Part shown: piece after piece, positions 25,956 through 26,719 of the stretch
Layout: each line of letters opens with the position of its first letter
How positions within the stretch are numbered: position 1 is the first letter of the stretch
Origin: an uncultured virus (IMG/VR IMGVR_UViG_3300031963_000055)
Taxonomy: Duplodnaviria > Heunggongvirae > Uroviricota > Caudoviricetes
Reading direction: 5' to 3' (one strand)
Virus record (IMG/VR): IMGVR_UViG_3300031963_000055
DNA: 26,719 nucleotides
Notes under the pieces: model-generated
What the model was told of the DNA's origin: nothing
The model's input: the letters and a program-made list of their open reading frames with translations, nothing else
Database searches by the model: none
Translations under genes and position numbers: made by a program

Positions 25956-26089
25956 TTATAACGATTGAGTATAAATGAAGTAAACGTGAACAAAGAAGCC
26001 TATAGAAGTTGAGCCATTAATCAACCATGTGGAGGTGTAATAAACCACAGAAAAAACACCACGTTTATTTCTTTTATACTTTGTTATAA
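25956..26089. repeat. imperfect inverted repeat with TAAC...GTTA ends
   Basis: ttataacgattgagtataaatgaagtaaacgtg (25956-25988) pairs with cacgtttatttcttttatactttgttataa (26060-26089). Confidence 0.7.
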
Positions 26090-26105
26090 AATTGTTTTAA
26101 TGTTT

Positions 26106-26329
26106 TAACGTTCTCCAGCTTGTTGCAGTTGCAGATAATTAATTACTTAATAAAACAAAAATTATGGATATTACAGAAAGAATACATAACGCAATAGAGT
26201 GGGCAAATAAACGCCTAACATTACAAGGTCAAGAACTTTCACAAGAACAAAAAAACTATTTAACTTTTGCCTTATCACAGAATTTTACTAACAATTACCA
26301 AGCCTTGCAATTGCAACAAACCGATGTTA
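26106..26329. repeat. second imperfect inverted repeat with TAAC...GTTA ends
   Basis: taacgttctccagcttgttgcagttgca (26106-26133) pairs with tgcaattgcaacaaaccgatgtta (26306-26329). Confidence 0.65.
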
Positions 26330-26424
26330 TAAAATCGGAGTGTGAACACGATTGGAAATGTATATCATATATTTCACCATCAGGTGTTTGGACTTGCACT
26401 AAATGTAAGAAAACGGTAGGGTGA
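26164..26424 (+). CDS. hypothetical protein with C-terminal zinc ribbon
   Basis: CEHDW...CTKC motif. Confidence 0.6.
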   Translation: MDITERIHNAIEWANKRLTLQGQELSQEQKNYLTFALSQNFTNNYQALQLQQTDVIKSECEHDWKCISYISPSGVWTCTKCKKTVG

Positions 26425-26442
26425 CTGTAAAAACATAAAATT

Positions 26443-26709
26443 ATGATAACATTAACTTATAAAAAAGAAGTGACAAAAAAGAAAACTATAAAACGAATTG
26501 TAGTTGATTTTATTAATAACTATAAATACAAATGGATTCACCAAAATTTTACTGCCAATTGGAGCAACTTAAAATTATATCCGAGGTTTTGGTTAAACAA
26601 AAGTATCGACACTCCAAACTTTAATCATTGGAGTTTTACAATTCGTTTTTTATGGTGGTATTTTGGAATACAAAAGAAATTTATTAATGAGCAGAATTTA
26701 GACGATTAA
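26443..26709 (+). CDS. hypothetical protein
   Basis: 88 aa, aromatic and basic; A-rich leader. Confidence 0.5.
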   Translation: MITLTYKKEVTKKKTIKRIVVDFINNYKYKWIHQNFTANWSNLKLYPRFWLNKSIDTPNFNHWSFTIRFLWWYFGIQKKFINEQNLDD

Positions 26710-26719
26710 CTAGTGCGGT

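Noticed and set aside
22331..26329. CRISPR array
   Set aside because: No identical direct repeats at regular spacing; the repeats are inverted and differ in sequence
1..26719. Stop-codon reassignment as seen in some crAss-like phages
   Set aside because: Long genes are uninterrupted in the standard code, and TAG and TGA both end genes

Overview
AT-rich segment of a crAss-like (Crassvirales-type) phage of a Bacteroidota host, in the standard genetic code. The minus strand (1-21714) carries, in transcription order: an EndoVII-type endonuclease, a cluster of small ORFs, large terminase, portal, a ferritin, a putative scaffold, major capsid protein (MCP), conserved virion genes and tail-fibre-like genes. 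After a strand switch at about 21720-21880, the plus strand carries small early-type genes separated by many foldable intergenic elements. Main observation: up to ten small ORFs upstream of the terminase (15825-20974) appear to be diverged fragments of this phage's own portal, terminase nuclease domain and MCP. Four matches are clear by eye and the rest are weaker. They could form a decoy or inhibitor array against defences that sense structural proteins. Inside the cluster is a roughly 320-nt structured non-coding region with its own Bacteroidota-type promoter. Three other promoters there predict leaderless mRNAs. All alignments and folds were done by eye; no database search or folding program was run.
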